Source: Aplysia californica (lineage: Eukaryota). From it: a DNA stretch of 64,000 nucleotides. Below, in pieces: positions 13,556 to 26,891 of this stretch (its first letter is position 1; the number at the start of each line of letters is the position of its first letter). The stretch spans positions 179,409 to 243,408 of the forward strand of contig NW_004797556.1 of the NCBI RefSeq assembly GCF_000002075.1, given 5' to 3'. A program made the translations under genes and the position numbers. The notes below the pieces were generated by a model. It had not been told where the DNA came from. It saw nothing but the letters and a program-made list of their open reading frames with translations, and did not search any database.

Positions 13556-13959
13556 GTAAGAGATTTTTCAAATAACTTTTATTTGCTTTGTTTTCAAGAA
13601 AATTTATGAGAAACTCATGGACTGCACACTGTCTTTCCTCATCTGATACACTTCATAGAATTGATTATTCAGCGCTCATAGCAACTGTGAAATCACTCTT
13701 TCTGCCGTCCCTCCAAAAGGGAACCCCTCCTTTATTTAATGGGCTTTATGGCAGTCTTAAGTCATTATACGATGATAATGGATCCTGCTCATGTGGTATG
13801 TCTGTCCATAAAAGAATTGATGCTTATACCTTTTTTAATTTTTAGAATGGGAGATTTTGTTCTAAAGTTCTTACACATTTAAACCACTTGTTTGCAACTC
13901 AAAAATGTTCTTTTCCATTGTCTTTGTGTTATGATTGCTGTTTGCATTTAATTTTACAG

Positions 13960-14091
13960 GATTTGAAGCAGACTTTGAGACAGGAGCTTGATTTCGAAAA
14001 TGAAGGTCAAAATGGAGAAGAATGTGCTAAGGATTTGTCTCATCTGAAATTTATATATGTACCTAAGGTCTATTGGAGCATGACCACCAAA
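13960..14091 (+). CDS. ADCK5: ADCK5-like exon D (QELDFENEG, ExD motif; YVPKVYW)
   Basis: cag|GAT and AAA|gtaagt; 132 nt, phase 0-0. Confidence 0.93.
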
Positions 14092-16405
14092 GTAAGTTGT
14101 GTTTTAGTGACAGAGTTTGTTTGAATAAAGAGAAGTACATCGACACAATAATGGTCTTTTAGTTCAGTGAAAAAGTAAGACTGACAGACAGAAACAATAA
14201 AGATGTGACATATATAATATAGGGAAAGTAAAGAAATAGAACCTACCTGTAGTGCCCTCAATTAATTGTATAAAAAGATTGGGCTGTTCATATTTTTAAC
14301 TGTTTAAGTTTCTTGTCTATAACTTTACTTGGGGGGGTGAGTTACTCACGTTAGAGTAACACAAATCACGCATAGTCAGAAAGCAGGCAGCAGCTCCGGT
14401 CTCAGGGGAAGTGCAAGTCAAGTGTGGGGCCGGACCGGTAAGTGTTAAAGCAGGTATGTTGAACAGTAGCAGAGTGAGAACCTTCCAGTAGTGCCCTCAA
14501 TTAATTGAATAAAAAGATTTCACTATTGAGGCTTGTTCCACTTTTAGACAAAAATAACTTTAACAAAAGTAAAATAGTAGCCAACTGAGAGAATGAAGTA
14601 TATGACTGTAAATATCATAACGTTGGATACTGGAATAGAAAGAAAATGTTTTGAAGTTATGTTTGCTGAGAGTGTTTATGTTCTAGGTTGTTCTTATCTC
14701 TGGTAGACCTATTGTAGTCGTCTGACGGAAAGTCATATTCCATTTACATTTATATTTTACTCTCCAGTGAGTATTACTTGATTTTCTGAGAAGCCATAAT
14801 GTTTGAATAAGGTGAGAACGAGCAGTTAGCAAAAGTGTAATAGTGACCCTGATGGCAATACAGCCGTCGGTCAATCCCCTTTTTATGCTAATGAAATGTA
14901 TGAAGTGATCATGCCTTGTTTTTATGTATTATCGGCATGGTTGAGGTAAGACATTGGCTGTGCATGTGACAGGAGCAAGCGAAATGGTTTACACTATTAC
15001 AAGTATTACCAGCAATGCCACAACACGATGGGTTTATTAATGGATGACTTATTTGGACTATAAGTAGCTCCCCTTATTTTGGCTATTTGTAGTCTAAATG
15101 AGGTAACCACCTCTGGGTAAGCTTATTTGGGTTCCACTCACTGACATGACCGAATGTCTCTCCCCTCTGGGCCTGCAAGGCTTGTAGGTTGCAACCTTTA
15201 TGTGTGTAATCCACTGTATCACATAGATCTGGGAGGGGAGGATTACGCATTCTCTTGAAACTGAACTTCAGAAGCGTTCTTAAGTTTTGGCCCTGGCACC
15301 AATGACAGCAAAGATTACTGTAATTGTAACTCTACTCCTTTACTACCCATAACTCTACCCCAACCCTCTGCTAAGTTACTATCCTTATTCCAGCACTCTT
15401 AGGGCCAAAACTGGAGATCGCTTTTTTTTCCAAGAATATCTATTATACTAAATTGGGAGTGCTTATTTAGGTCACATTTGGCCTCTATACCGTGAAGACC
15501 CGAAGGTAATCCTTATTAAGGTCATAGCTCGAACTACCCTTTTCACTTGACTGAGTTCATTCCGTTTTCTCAACGTTGCACCTTTCTCATAATTTAGTAC
15601 AGTTTTGTCTCAAGTGCGTAAGTTATAAATCATAGTATTTAATGAAAATAGTAAGAACAACACACAATGCGGAAAATTTTGCTCTATTCCATTGGTTTGA
15701 ATGAAGGCCAGATTTTTACGTTCATGGAGGAGCAAAAGCTAGACTACCATTTTGGCAAAATTTTGTCAAGTGAAAAAGTCAAATCCTCCAAATGGACTTC
15801 TGGGTCAAATTTGGTGTATAAAAAAGGTGGACACAGTACGCAACATGCTCGAGGGCACTGGGCACTCTCTTAGTAGTAGTAGGCTGTAGAACGTGCACAC
15901 AGCAGGGCGAATCGGCCTCGATACGCCCCGTAGACTTTTGTGATCGTCCGTGAAACCTCCCGTTTTGATGTGTCTTAACAACTCACAGTTTTGTTAATTG
16001 CGTTGCCACATCCTACAAGCCTACATCTTTTTTAAAAGGAAAAGAAAGATCTTCTAAATGGCGGTCTTCACCTGAAAATTGATTTGGTAGAACTGGAAAT
16101 ATTTGCTTCTGAAAACTAGGCAATTTTTACAACGCGATAAAATAAAACTACTGACGGAAACTTCAAGAAGTATTATTTATTCCTTCTAGCATCTTTTGAC
16201 ACTTGAATTGCATGCATGCACACACACAACACGCACGTAAATGTTTGTATGTGTATGAAATATGTTTGCCTGTTTAAAAAGCTTTATTCTGTAAATCTTT
16301 TACAAGAGTAAGCAATATAAATTCATGTCAATGAAGTATGTGTGAATAGTTATGTTCTTCTGTAAACGATGGTGAACTAAAAATTCATTTTTTGTGTTCT
16401 TTCAG

Positions 16406-16489
16406 CGAGTTCTGACCACAGAGTTCATCGATGGAGTAAAGATTAACAACCTTGAGGGGATAAAAGATCTTGGTCTCAATTTACAAGAC
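16406..16489 (+). CDS. ADCK5: ADCK5-like exon E (RVLTTEFIDGVKINNLEGIKDLGLNLQD)
   Basis: cag|CGA and GAC|gtaag; 84 nt; hinge-region RVL..EFIDG motif; absent from the ORF track. Confidence 0.92.
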
Positions 16490-17039
16490 GTAAGATTCCT
16501 GTGAAAAAAATGTTAACTGAATCTGTTTAAATGGTTCATTTTTACATTGAGCATAAACGTTATTGCAACTAGAAATATGTTGCAATGGACTCGACGAGAT
16601 TAGATGAGATTATGAATTTTAATGCTTCATCGCATTTACTTGCCTGTTCTTCAGTATCTTCATATTTATAGTAAATTCCTCAACTTGTGTTCCACTGTGT
16701 AAATATTTGCTTCTTTGTGCAGGCAAGAAAGAAATGGTATGGGGAAGAGGGGCATGTTCATTTATGTATTTTTGCTATTGACAAATAAATGTATTTGTTC
16801 ATGTAATATTTGCTGTAAAATGCATTGAGCATTCATAGAGGGGTTATTCACAACACAAATGCGGTCTATTAATGCCTTAACTATCCCTTGCAGTCTGTCA
16901 AAACGAAGATGACAGTGTCATGAACTCAACATCTAGTTTGAAAAATGATTTTGTAGCAGATTTATTACATTACTCTGTGATAGATTAACATGACAATCTG
17001 CATGCACATGTCTGTTCAAGGATTTGACCATTTTCACAG

Positions 17040-17121
17040 GTAGATCAGAAGCTCGTCCAGTCATTTTCAGAACAGATTTTCTTGTCTGGCTTTGTGCATG
17101 CTGATCCTCATCCAGGCAATG
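17040..17121 (+). CDS. ADCK5: ADCK5-like exon F, catalytic loop GFVHADPHPGN
   Basis: cag|GTA and G|gtaatt; 82 nt, phase 0-1. Confidence 0.95.
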
Positions 17122-17334
17122 GTAATTACTTCCCTTTAAAAATGCGTTGTTTTTATTCAGGATTAGAAGTCTGGAAAAAAGGCCAGAAAAAAAAAAGCTG
17201 AGTGCTGCTTAAGTCAAGTCAGGCCTTCAATAATGTTTTATATGCGTATCTCACAGAAAGATGAATGATTAGAATGTATCGGTAATGATATTTGCTCTTG
17301 AAGATATCTTCAAACATGTGTATCTTTTATTAGA

Positions 17335-17520
17335 CAAACGTGGATGGTTGGCGGGTACTCTGGTGTGGTTTGCTCCTTCTTTCCTATCAAATATCTATCA
17401 TCCTGATCTCTCCTCCTTCTGTTTTATGTTTGTTGCTCTCTTGTAATACTTCTAATCTTCGACACTTAAATGACCTTTTTGTGTTGCAAATGCCGTAAAA
17501 CTCTTACTAAAACTAAACTA
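17335..17520 (+). repeat. Interspersed retroposon-like repeat with (ACTAA)n tail; copies at about 27430-27475, 33660-33835 and 58175-58360 (inverted)
   Basis: Shared ggtttgctcctt..cctat..gtaaaact(c)ttactaaaac motifs. Confidence 0.6.
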
Positions 17521-17876
17521 TTAGAAAAACAATGTTTCCTTCAAGCAAACTGTAAGCTGTTCTGTTGTTTTAAGCCCAGAAAATATTATTTTTCAGAGAG
17601 AAAGAAATATATCTAAACAGTCGAACCTGCCTTAATGGAAACCTGTGGAAGACGGAAACGTGTCATAACGGAATCTTCCCGCTCCATCCTTGATAAATCC
17701 TTTATAGTTTCCTCTAAAAGACGGAAACCTGTCTTACACTGAAAAAGTAAGAGAAATTCCTTCCCTTCGGAGGGTTTTTAAATGCTTTGCTAACTCCACC
17801 CTGATTTGAAACAAAACTATCAAGTTTGGTTTCATAGTCTCTAACCTAGACTATCTTATTATGTGACCTGTATTAA

Positions 17877-18560
17877 CTCTTTCGCTACGCCGAGCCGTGG
17901 GGGGGCGGCATGGCTAAAGTGCCGTCAGTACGCTAAGCCGCCCAAGGCGGCTCGAGCACCAACCTATAATTCTAGCTGAGATTTTATTCCAATCCACATA
18001 TCCATGTTAAAATAAAGGTTGTAGTATAACATTGACTTCCGGGTCAAGCGTTTCCACCGAAAATCGGAAGTTTAGATTCACTTTTGAAACGCGATTTCGT
18101 AGTTTATGCGACTTTGCTTTATCGCTTTTATCGCGAAGCCCAAATTATAGCCCAGACACAACAAAATGTATCATTATTTTTCTCACTAAAGAAATGCAGG
18201 ACTCTTCTTTATAATATTGATACTATTGGACTCATATTGCCAGTGCATTATTATTGAGAAATCTATATTTTTGAGTGTTAGATCTAGGTCTAGATCTAAA
18301 TTGTCAAAATATTTTTTTCTCCTTAAAATCACTACTTTTTGGTGAAATTACACAAAAAGTACCACTCAAGACATGTATAGGTTTATTTCAAATGCAATTC
18401 TGAATAATTCCATATAAGATACAAGGGTTTTTTTCTGTTTGTGAATGCATCTTGTCCTTTTTTCAAGATTATAAAATTTGTTTTATTTTTTTTTCAATAT
18501 TGGATGTTATGCTCCAAATGTACACATTTTTTGGAATGTAAGCAAATAACTGCGAATTTT
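17877..18560 (+). mobile_element. piggyBac-like non-autonomous element, left end plus interior
   Basis: TTAA-CTCTTTCGCTACG start; near-identical to 36787-37140 and reverse-complementary to about 36130-36475. Confidence 0.7.
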
Positions 18561-19639
18561 TCAATGTTTTCCAGTTCTATATTGGGTGGGGCTAAGGGCG
18601 GAAGCAAATTAGATGTTCAAATGTTTCCGTTTTAAACAGGTCGAACAGTTGTCCTATGAAAAGCAAGCACAAGTAGCAATGGATAGATAGGACTGACGTA
18701 TGCCATTATCAGAGAGGATAGCATTTGAGAAGTGTAGTTTTGACCACATTTTGCTGACCAGACAAGCGAACCTTGATCCTACCGGCAGGGCCCCTGAAAC
18801 TACCCTCCATCTCCCCCTAAATTTTGCAGTAAACGGAAATCCCGCGACGCCTCGTGCTCGGAAAAATCTATTGTGTCTTAAAAATGTTTTCCCCCCATTT
18901 AGTTAAATTTAAGTAATTATTAACATCGCACTGCGTTCCAATGGCCAAGTAGTGATAGATCTAGGTGCTTCCATGCGTTCTTGGCTAGGTGTCAATAAGA
19001 GGTGAAAATTTGATGTAAATTAATATGTTCCAAAACGACGACAGACATTTATCCTTTATGTGACATCATGGTTATGTTCACAAGATATTTGGTGTTTTGC
19101 TTAGAGTCATAGTAAAATGTGAATTAAGTGGCATTTCTTCACTATTAGCAAACATCATGAGTCAAACTGAATCTCCTGAATCTTTGTCTGCCAAAATTTT
19201 CAAAAAAGGAATTAAAATTAAGACATGAAAATGGAAAGTTTTTCATTTTTTTCAGACCTAACTGTGATGACACAAATGCAAACGCAGCGACATTCAGAAT
19301 TTCTTTTTTCTGTGATCCTCACCATTTTATATGCTCTTCATGCCTATGTTTGAAAATCAAAGCAAAAAGAAAACTATTTACATCATTTTGTGTTTTCAAA
19401 TTCTAAAAAATGTGTCATCATAGCTATGCTCAAAAGAATTTGACTTGATGTTATGTAATGCCAGTTACACAGCTTAGCATGCTGTCTGTAAGTCTGTAAA
19501 TACAGTGACATGTTTTTGTAGGAAGAGATATACATGAATAGAAAAATTCAAGCAAAAAAAATAATTAAAAACTTTATCGACAACCCTCTGTGCTACTTTT
19601 ATAGTGCCCACCTATTGGCAAAGGCTCATTCATATAAAT

Positions 19640-20419
19640 AGGCTGTACAAATGGCCACTTTCCATTCCCCCCCTAGCCTTTTTCTATAATGAATTTAACT
19701 GTGTGAAATGGGCACCTGTCCAACGCGGTCACGGTTGCCCTATTTTATCAACCCACAGTCAAATTTACCTGCCTGAGACGGCCAGGCTTTGTAAAAAATT
19801 ATGCATTTTCCCCTGACACTGTGGACAAGCCATCATAATTCATTCACCTGTCATTATGGTCAGTCTCTCAAATGGATGAAACGGTCATGTTCCTTAGGTA
19901 GCTCCCAATGTTAACTTAATTTGACCAGTGAGTAACAATAAATTTTCTATTGCTGGTAAGGGAAGCCTGTGATCCGTCAAACCTAAAGCCCTGCCCACAA
20001 CTCAGTCCTTGAACCCGGTCCATAACAATGGAAGTCAACACCGACTCGCGACAAGGGTGTTGCTCGTTCACTGAGTGGTGGTTGTTTTACTGTGGCACTT
20101 GGCTTTCCTCGTCTGACACATTTCGTTTTGTTTTGATCTTTCATGGAACCATAATATTTTTTAAGATAAAATAAAACTAACAAGAAAAAGTCCCCCCAAA
20201 ACCGTCCTATCCTCTCCCCCCTTTCAAAATAAAAACAACAACAAATTTTTAATGAGCCCTATGACAGTTCTAAGACTTTGACCACCTCCAGTTTAGACTT
20301 CAGAAGTAAATGGTTTGTTTTCATCATTTTGATCATCAGTCCTGCATATGACGGCACCCTGTCTTATATGGCCACTTTTCACCTCGACAAAGAGTGGCCA
20401 TCTTACACAGGTTCGACTG
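19640..20419. mobile_element. Second, inverted and partial copy of the 59049-59826 MITE
   Basis: Shares gggcacctgtccaacgcgg and gtctgacacatttcgtttt blocks in reverse complement; ends caggttcgactg-TA. Confidence 0.75.
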
Positions 20420-20431
20420 TATGTATGTATA

Positions 20432-20475
<44 letters not shown>

Positions 20476-20769
20476 CACACACACTCTAACATTTTTAACT
20501 TCACTCATTGTGAAAGTGTGTAGCTCAAAAACTACACTTCCAATTACTTTGAAATGTTGACACATGTCATGCAAGCTCATTTTCTCTTATAGACTGTACT
20601 CACTAAGGTGCACTGGTCTATCGTTATGTCTGACGATGTCATCCACAGGGTTTTGATATTTTTTAGAATATTGTGAAAGTGTGTAGGTACCATTGGAAAC
20701 AAAAACTTCACACATAAAGTTGAACTCCTTCCTAATGGCTGAATGAAGCAGATAGAAATGACATAATTG

Positions 20770-21740
20770 AAATGCTTCAGGTTGGAACACCGCTTTTGTC
20801 AGCTGCGAGATGGTTCAACGTGAGCAGACACGCTGTGTATGCCACACGAGATCACATGGCAACGAATGGCTCCCAAAAAGACAGATCAAAGCAAGTAGGA
20901 CACAGAAAGACAAAACGGAAGGAGTACTCATTCATCCTAATGCAACGCTGGAGAAATCAATTTCAACCGACAAACACAGACCCAAGAAGAGTCGAAAAGA
21001 CTTAGAAATGACAGTCTTTGTCATGACTGTTCTTCTTCATTTAAAAGAGAGGAATATTTGTGCTAGAGGCCTAGTTTGTTGCATAAAACTGCAACCCCAT
21101 CCCATCCAGCACAGACTTCACTGGGCACAGCATCGCTCGAGATGACCATGTCGTATTTGGAATACGTACCTGTTTTCAGATGAGTCCCAATTTTGACTGG
21201 AACGGCATGATTCACGGTCAGAGTCTACAGAAGACCCAACCAAAATGTATTCCCCAGCTTGCTTTAGACAAGCAGATAATTTCTATGGAGGCAGTTTCAT
21301 GGTGTGGGCTGGAATCAGCGATACTGACAAAACCACACTTGTGTCTTTTTCTGGGAAACCAAAAGCTCAAGGCTAAATCAACTAAGTTCTCGAGCTCAAT
21401 GTGCTTTTCTTTCAAAATCAAACCCATGATAATGCACCTGCTCATAAAGCTGCTGTGATAAATCAGTTTCTCAAAACTACCATATAACAATATTCCTCTC
21501 CTGCACGCATGACCAGTACTTTCACCAAATCTCAATCTAATTGAGAAAAGCGTGAGATTTTAGATCGTACCATTCCTACCAGACCACGTCAGTCCTGTAC
21601 CCTTGCTCAGTTAGAACAAGCTTTTAAGTCTAAAGTGGAATAACACCCTTCAACAGACAATAACTCGACTCCTTCAGTCCACACATGAACGATGTGAAGA
21701 TGTGAACAACGCCAGATGGCATCACTGAAGCTGTTACTTT
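20770..21740 (+). pseudogene. Tc1-like transposase remnant
   Basis: Fragmented HTH start (A.WFNVSR), LFSDESQF, G.FMVWAGIS, DNAPAH and SPNLNLIE motifs across frames. Confidence 0.75.
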
Positions 21741-24430
21741 TCATTTAGACCCCTGGCAACTGCAAATTCAAGACTGAAGATTAAAAACATTCATAAGCTT
21801 TTTTTTAAAGATAGTTGAGGTTTTACGGTGCTTGCAACTGCTTAAGGTCATATGAGTGCCAAGGGGTGGATGTCTACAGAGTAGTCCTTATAGGGAATAA
21901 GGCTTACTCTGCTCACCTCTCTTGCTTCAACAGCACAAAGTCTGCTTCGACTATCAAGGCACACCAGAAATAGTGGGTTGCATTAGTGTGACAAACATAC
22001 AAAAGAAGTGGAGGAAAAAGACGATACTAAGGATTAGGAAAGAAAAAGCAGCAGTTCTCTGTTGCAGTTCAGGCACAGTTATGATTATGACATTGATGAG
22101 TCATCCCATTTACAATTCTACTGTGCATAAGAACATGTTAATGTCTCCCCTTTTGGAATGGCGTAAAGACACTTCAGTCAGTGGCACCGCCCTGCGGGGT
22201 GATTAATAACTTTGCATTCAACATGTTTCCCTTACTGTAAAATGAATGCACTATCTTATTTGAAATTTTCAGACAGATTTGATAAGTATTGATCAAGAGA
22301 TTTACCTTTAATATGAAGTGGGAAGTTAAAAATGGTAAAAATGATATATATATATCTGAGCCTATAGGTGGGTATCTAAAATGTAGCACAGAGAGTTGAT
22401 GATAAAGTATTAATATTTCGGTTTTACTTGAAATTTTCTATTCATGTATATCTCCTACAAAAACATATATTTATAGACCTACAGACGGCATGCTAAGCTG
22501 TGTAACTGGCGTTACATAACATCATCAAGTCAAATTTTTTCGGATATAACTATGATGACTCTTTTTTTTAGAATTTGTACATGACATACAAAATTATTTT
22601 AACAGTTTTCCTATTGCTTTAATTTTCAAACATTTGCATTTGTGTCATCATAGTTATGTCCAAAAGAAATGGAAAACTTTCTGTTTTCATATATATCTTT
22701 ATTTCTTTTATGAAAATTTGGGCAAACAACGATTCAGAAGATTCAGTTTGACTCACAATGCAAGTTAATGATAAAAAAATGCCCCTTTATTCTCATTCTA
22801 CTTTGAATCTCTGCAAAATATCTAATATCTTTCGAACGTAACCATGATGACACCGAATGAAAAAAAATCCTGAAAAGTAATTTACGGAACATAAAATTAT
22901 TTAAATAGTTTCCTCATTGCTTTAATTTTCGAACATAAGCATGAAGAATATATAAAATCACAGAAAAAAGAAATTCTGAATGGCTTTGTGTTCATATTTG
23001 TGTCATTATAGTTATGTCGAAAGAAATGAAAAACTTTCCATTTTCATATTTTAATTCACTTTTTCGAAATTTTGGCAAACAAAGATTCAGGAGATTCAGT
23101 TTGACTCATAGTGCATGCTAATGATGAGAAAATGCCACTCAATACATCGCACAACAATACACTTTGAATGGATTGACAGGAACAATGTACGTTCCTCCAC
23201 CCCTATTACTTCTCTTTTTCTGATTCGTTCTTTCGAACATAACAAATGATGACAGAGCTCGAGGCGTCGCGGGATTTCCGTTTTCTGCAAAATTACGAAC
23301 GGTCACAGCCTCAGAATCAGTCAGGGTCAGAGGGTAAACATTGAACGATATTATGCTCGTTCCGGGGCCCCAAAATGGCCTATAGAAACGTAGTCACGAG
23401 GAATCGAAGTTGCCTTGCGAAATGACTGCACGAGTTATGAGGCTCACAAAGAAAAAACAGCTACAGATATCTTTATTCCTGATATAGCACCACAAAAAAT
23501 ATAGATATAGTAGTAAAAGTGGAGAAGGACGAGTTTCTCAGCAATTATTTCATTTTTGAACTTGACAACAGAAAAAGTATGTACTCGACGCGTCACATTT
23601 TGTATTCTAAAAATACATAGATTTCTGAACTAAAAATATTTGTAAAATTTCTTTCTGATGGCCTGACTGCTATTTCTATTCTCCCATAGCTGAAACATAA
23701 TATAAAGCACAACACATACAATTTTCAAAGCTGTAGCACCATTTTTCTTGGAATAGGAAATGATTTTTGTAAGGTATATGAAGAAAACCCCACCTATTGG
23801 CAAAGGCTCTTTTATATATATCAGGGATCACAGTTTTCCAGGGATCTGTTTTCGAGAACTTCCCAAATCCGCTGCATGGTCGTTCCGCCCTGGCCTTAAG
23901 TCGGGCCGCGGTTGGCCTTGAGTAGCCTTGAAACCCTTCCTTGATGTGTGTGTCATCTAGAAAAGGAATGGATTCTCTTAGAAAATTTGGTTTGCAAGTC
24001 CAGCAATACTTGCTTCCTTTTTTCCTTAAGTATATACTCTTTGCATACTTGAGTCCAAAAGAATAGGAGTGGCTCATTTTTCGAGTGTAAATGATGGTGA
24101 CCGCATTTGTGCGAATACCCAAACATGGTTAAGTGTAGCAAGTTGAGGGAAACTTTTTATGAACTATGTCTATGATTTTAATGGTTGAGTTCAACATGTA
24201 CATAGTTTTCAATATTATTTTAATCCCATGTTGGTTGTTGGAGTGTGCCACTCCTAAGTCCTTCTTTTCCTTCCCTCCTTCCCTCTGTTGTTGCTGTTTG
24301 TCTGACTTGCTCTTTTCTACACTAAATGGCTGAAATTGTGTCTATGTTCTTCTAATTACTCAAATGAAAAATGTAACTTACACTAAACTTTTGCCTCGTG
24401 AAAAATAAAGTGGCATTCTGTGTTCCCCAG

Positions 24431-24601
24431 TGTTTGTTCGGAAAGGCCAAGACAACAAAGCAGAGTTAGTATTGCTTGACCATGGCCTCTATGATCGGCT
24501 GAACGGGGAGCACCGGAGGGCTTTGTGTCAGCTCTATCAGGCAATCATCATGAAGGATGAATTGGCTATGGATTATAATTCTAACCTGTTGGGAGTGCAG
24601 G
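24431..24601 (+). CDS. ADCK5: ADCK5-like exon G (LVLLDHGLY, DFG-equivalent)
   Basis: cag|TG and G|gtaagg; 171 nt, phase 1-1. Confidence 0.95.
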
Positions 24602-25634
24602 GTAAGGCATATTGCTGTGTAAAGACACCTGTGTTTCTTGGCTTAAATTTTTTTGTGTATCCTTCACAGCACAGCAGGGAATTTTCTCTTGGGGGTCATG
24701 GTAGTCGCTCCGACCTTCATTGTTGACACACTTGAGCTCTCCCATTTTTTGTTTCCCTATCACCAACTAGTTTCTCAACTTGCGAGGTTTACATCTATGT
24801 ATAATTGGTCTATGCGCTGCGCACAGCAGCAGCAATATTCCACTATAACCGACTCGCGTGTTTGTCTGATTGCACTATAGCAGTATTTTATTTACAAAGA
24901 TAAAAAGGGAAAAAAAGTGTTTTTAGAATAGTGTCTTTATGACAGACTTCTCGTTATTTCGGGATTCGTTTTAAGTGGACTCCACTGTTTTAAAACCCCC
25001 CAAACAAAACAGCTCTATAAAAATTTATCTGCTGTGGTAGTATGAACAACAAAAGGAAAATGTGGAAATACCCATTAGTGCTTGTATTTGCTTAGGTTAA
25101 AGGATGCAGTATTTTTCCCCTTTCCTGCAACCAGTAATAAATATGTCTGACTTTTTAAAATGATGCATTGTGATCCCTTCTATCATAACCTAATGTGTCC
25201 AATGCAATTTTTTAAACTTCAATTAGACATAGAAGGTGTTGAGCCAAAAAACAAAATTTTAATAAAAGTTGCCAGAACAGTGGAAAAGTGTCAGTTTCTT
25301 TTACTTTCATTATTTTGATGAGCGCCTGATTTCGCCACACTGCCTCACATATAATATTACACTGTCAGACAAGAAACAGAAAAAGTTCTAGTAAAAACTG
25401 TTTTACCAGTTTATTACAGACGTCGTCAAACTGCTATCTTGACAATTATAAGTACATTCCTACCCTTAAAATGTATCCAAATGACGACATGTTCATGTAA
25501 ATGCCTTGAAGTGTTACTAAAAATATAACTATTTTTAATTGTGCATGTTGTAATAGTTTGAAAAATTACTGTCTCATTTTACCTTCCTTATATACAAAGT
25601 GGACTCTCATTTTTTGTCACATATATTCATCGCG

Positions 25635-25650
25635 CACACACACACACACA

Positions 25651-25711
<61 letters not shown>

Positions 25712-25715
25712 ACAC
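25635..25715. repeat. (CA)n microsatellite
   Basis: Direct observation. Confidence 0.95.
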
Positions 25716-25864
25716 GTGCACACATAAAACATTTAGGATCATTTAGGATAAGAATTTTTGTAACAGTTTAATTAGAAGCCCAATGTAGTTCTGAAAGGTT
25801 ACTCTTTTGCTTTTAATAGACTGAAAAGCGCACATATTTTTGTAGAATTACTCTTTTTTTTGTT

Positions 25865-26180
25865 ATCTATATCCCATAGCCTGGTTGATGATAGGGGCCC
25901 TAGTATAGATTTTGCAACCAGCTCCCTCCCCAGTCCTCATGGTTTCCAGTCTTTCTGCAATGTCTCTCAGCTCAAGTCCAGTCCACTCTCTAATGTTATC
26001 CTCCCATCTCTTTTTCTCTCTGCACCTCCATCTTGCTCCTTATACTGTGACTAGCATAGATGTCTTTGCCAGTCCTGATGTCGGTGCGATGTGCCCATAT
26101 CATTTCAGTTTACACCCTTTTCTGGAAGTTTAGAGGTCTTCAGACAGCCTGATGGCATTTTGGACTCTGGTTTTAACTTT
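25865..26180 (-). mobile_element. RTE-clade LINE 3' remnant
   Basis: Degenerate RTE C-terminus ending ..TRLWDR on the - strand. Confidence 0.5.
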
Positions 26181-26683
26181 TTCTTTAGAGATGACACCTC
26201 TGCCTGGAATTTTACAAGAACACCTCAATTTTATATATTGACAGGACCAGAGAACACAACTGTCTGACCTTAGACCTTGGTGATGATAGTATAAGTGTGG
26301 TATATCTGTATCCAAGTGGCATGGGATCTGTCTGTGTCCAAATTATATATTTTGAAGATGGTCTGTTACCAAATTGAGCATTCATAAATTTTCTTGGTTG
26401 TACGTATTATCTGAAATTATCCATCAAAAAATGTTTTGTACCACATCAACATGAAGAGTAAAACCTTAATTGCCTTTGATTTGAGAATATTTTTCAGCTG
26501 TAAATATTCACATGAAATGGACTTGAAATTATGAAAAAAAACAACCCTAAACATGAGTATCATAATGGAAAAAAGAAAGGTATTCTTTTGGACATCTTAG
26601 AGTAAGCTATTCTTTCTTCTCTTAAGGTTGTATGAGAATACATCTTTTATTACACTATACCAATTTTCTTTTCTCCACTCCAG

Positions 26684-26891
26684 ATTCCCTCATTTTTGCC
26701 ATTATGATCATGCAGCGTCCTGTGAGGATGAAATCACGACGTTTGTTTGATATCAAGCCCCCTACCCGTGAGGAGTGGGTGCTCATGAGCAAAGAGGACA
26801 AAGCCATGTGGAAAGAAAAGTTTCAAGAAATTCATGACAGGGTTCTTACAATCATGAAGGAAATGCCTTCACCTCTCTTCTGGATTTTTCG
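26684..26891 (+). CDS. ADCK5: ADCK5-like alternative exon H1 (divergent duplicate; DSLIFAIMIMQRP...KEMPSPLFWIFR)
   Basis: Long polypyrimidine tract with cag|AT, CG|gtacat donor; 208 nt, phase 1-2, stop-free; homologous to H2. Confidence 0.82.

Noticed and set aside
23676-24122. 148-aa minus-strand ORF
   Set aside because: Overlaps repeat-derived sequence and shows no recognisable domain.
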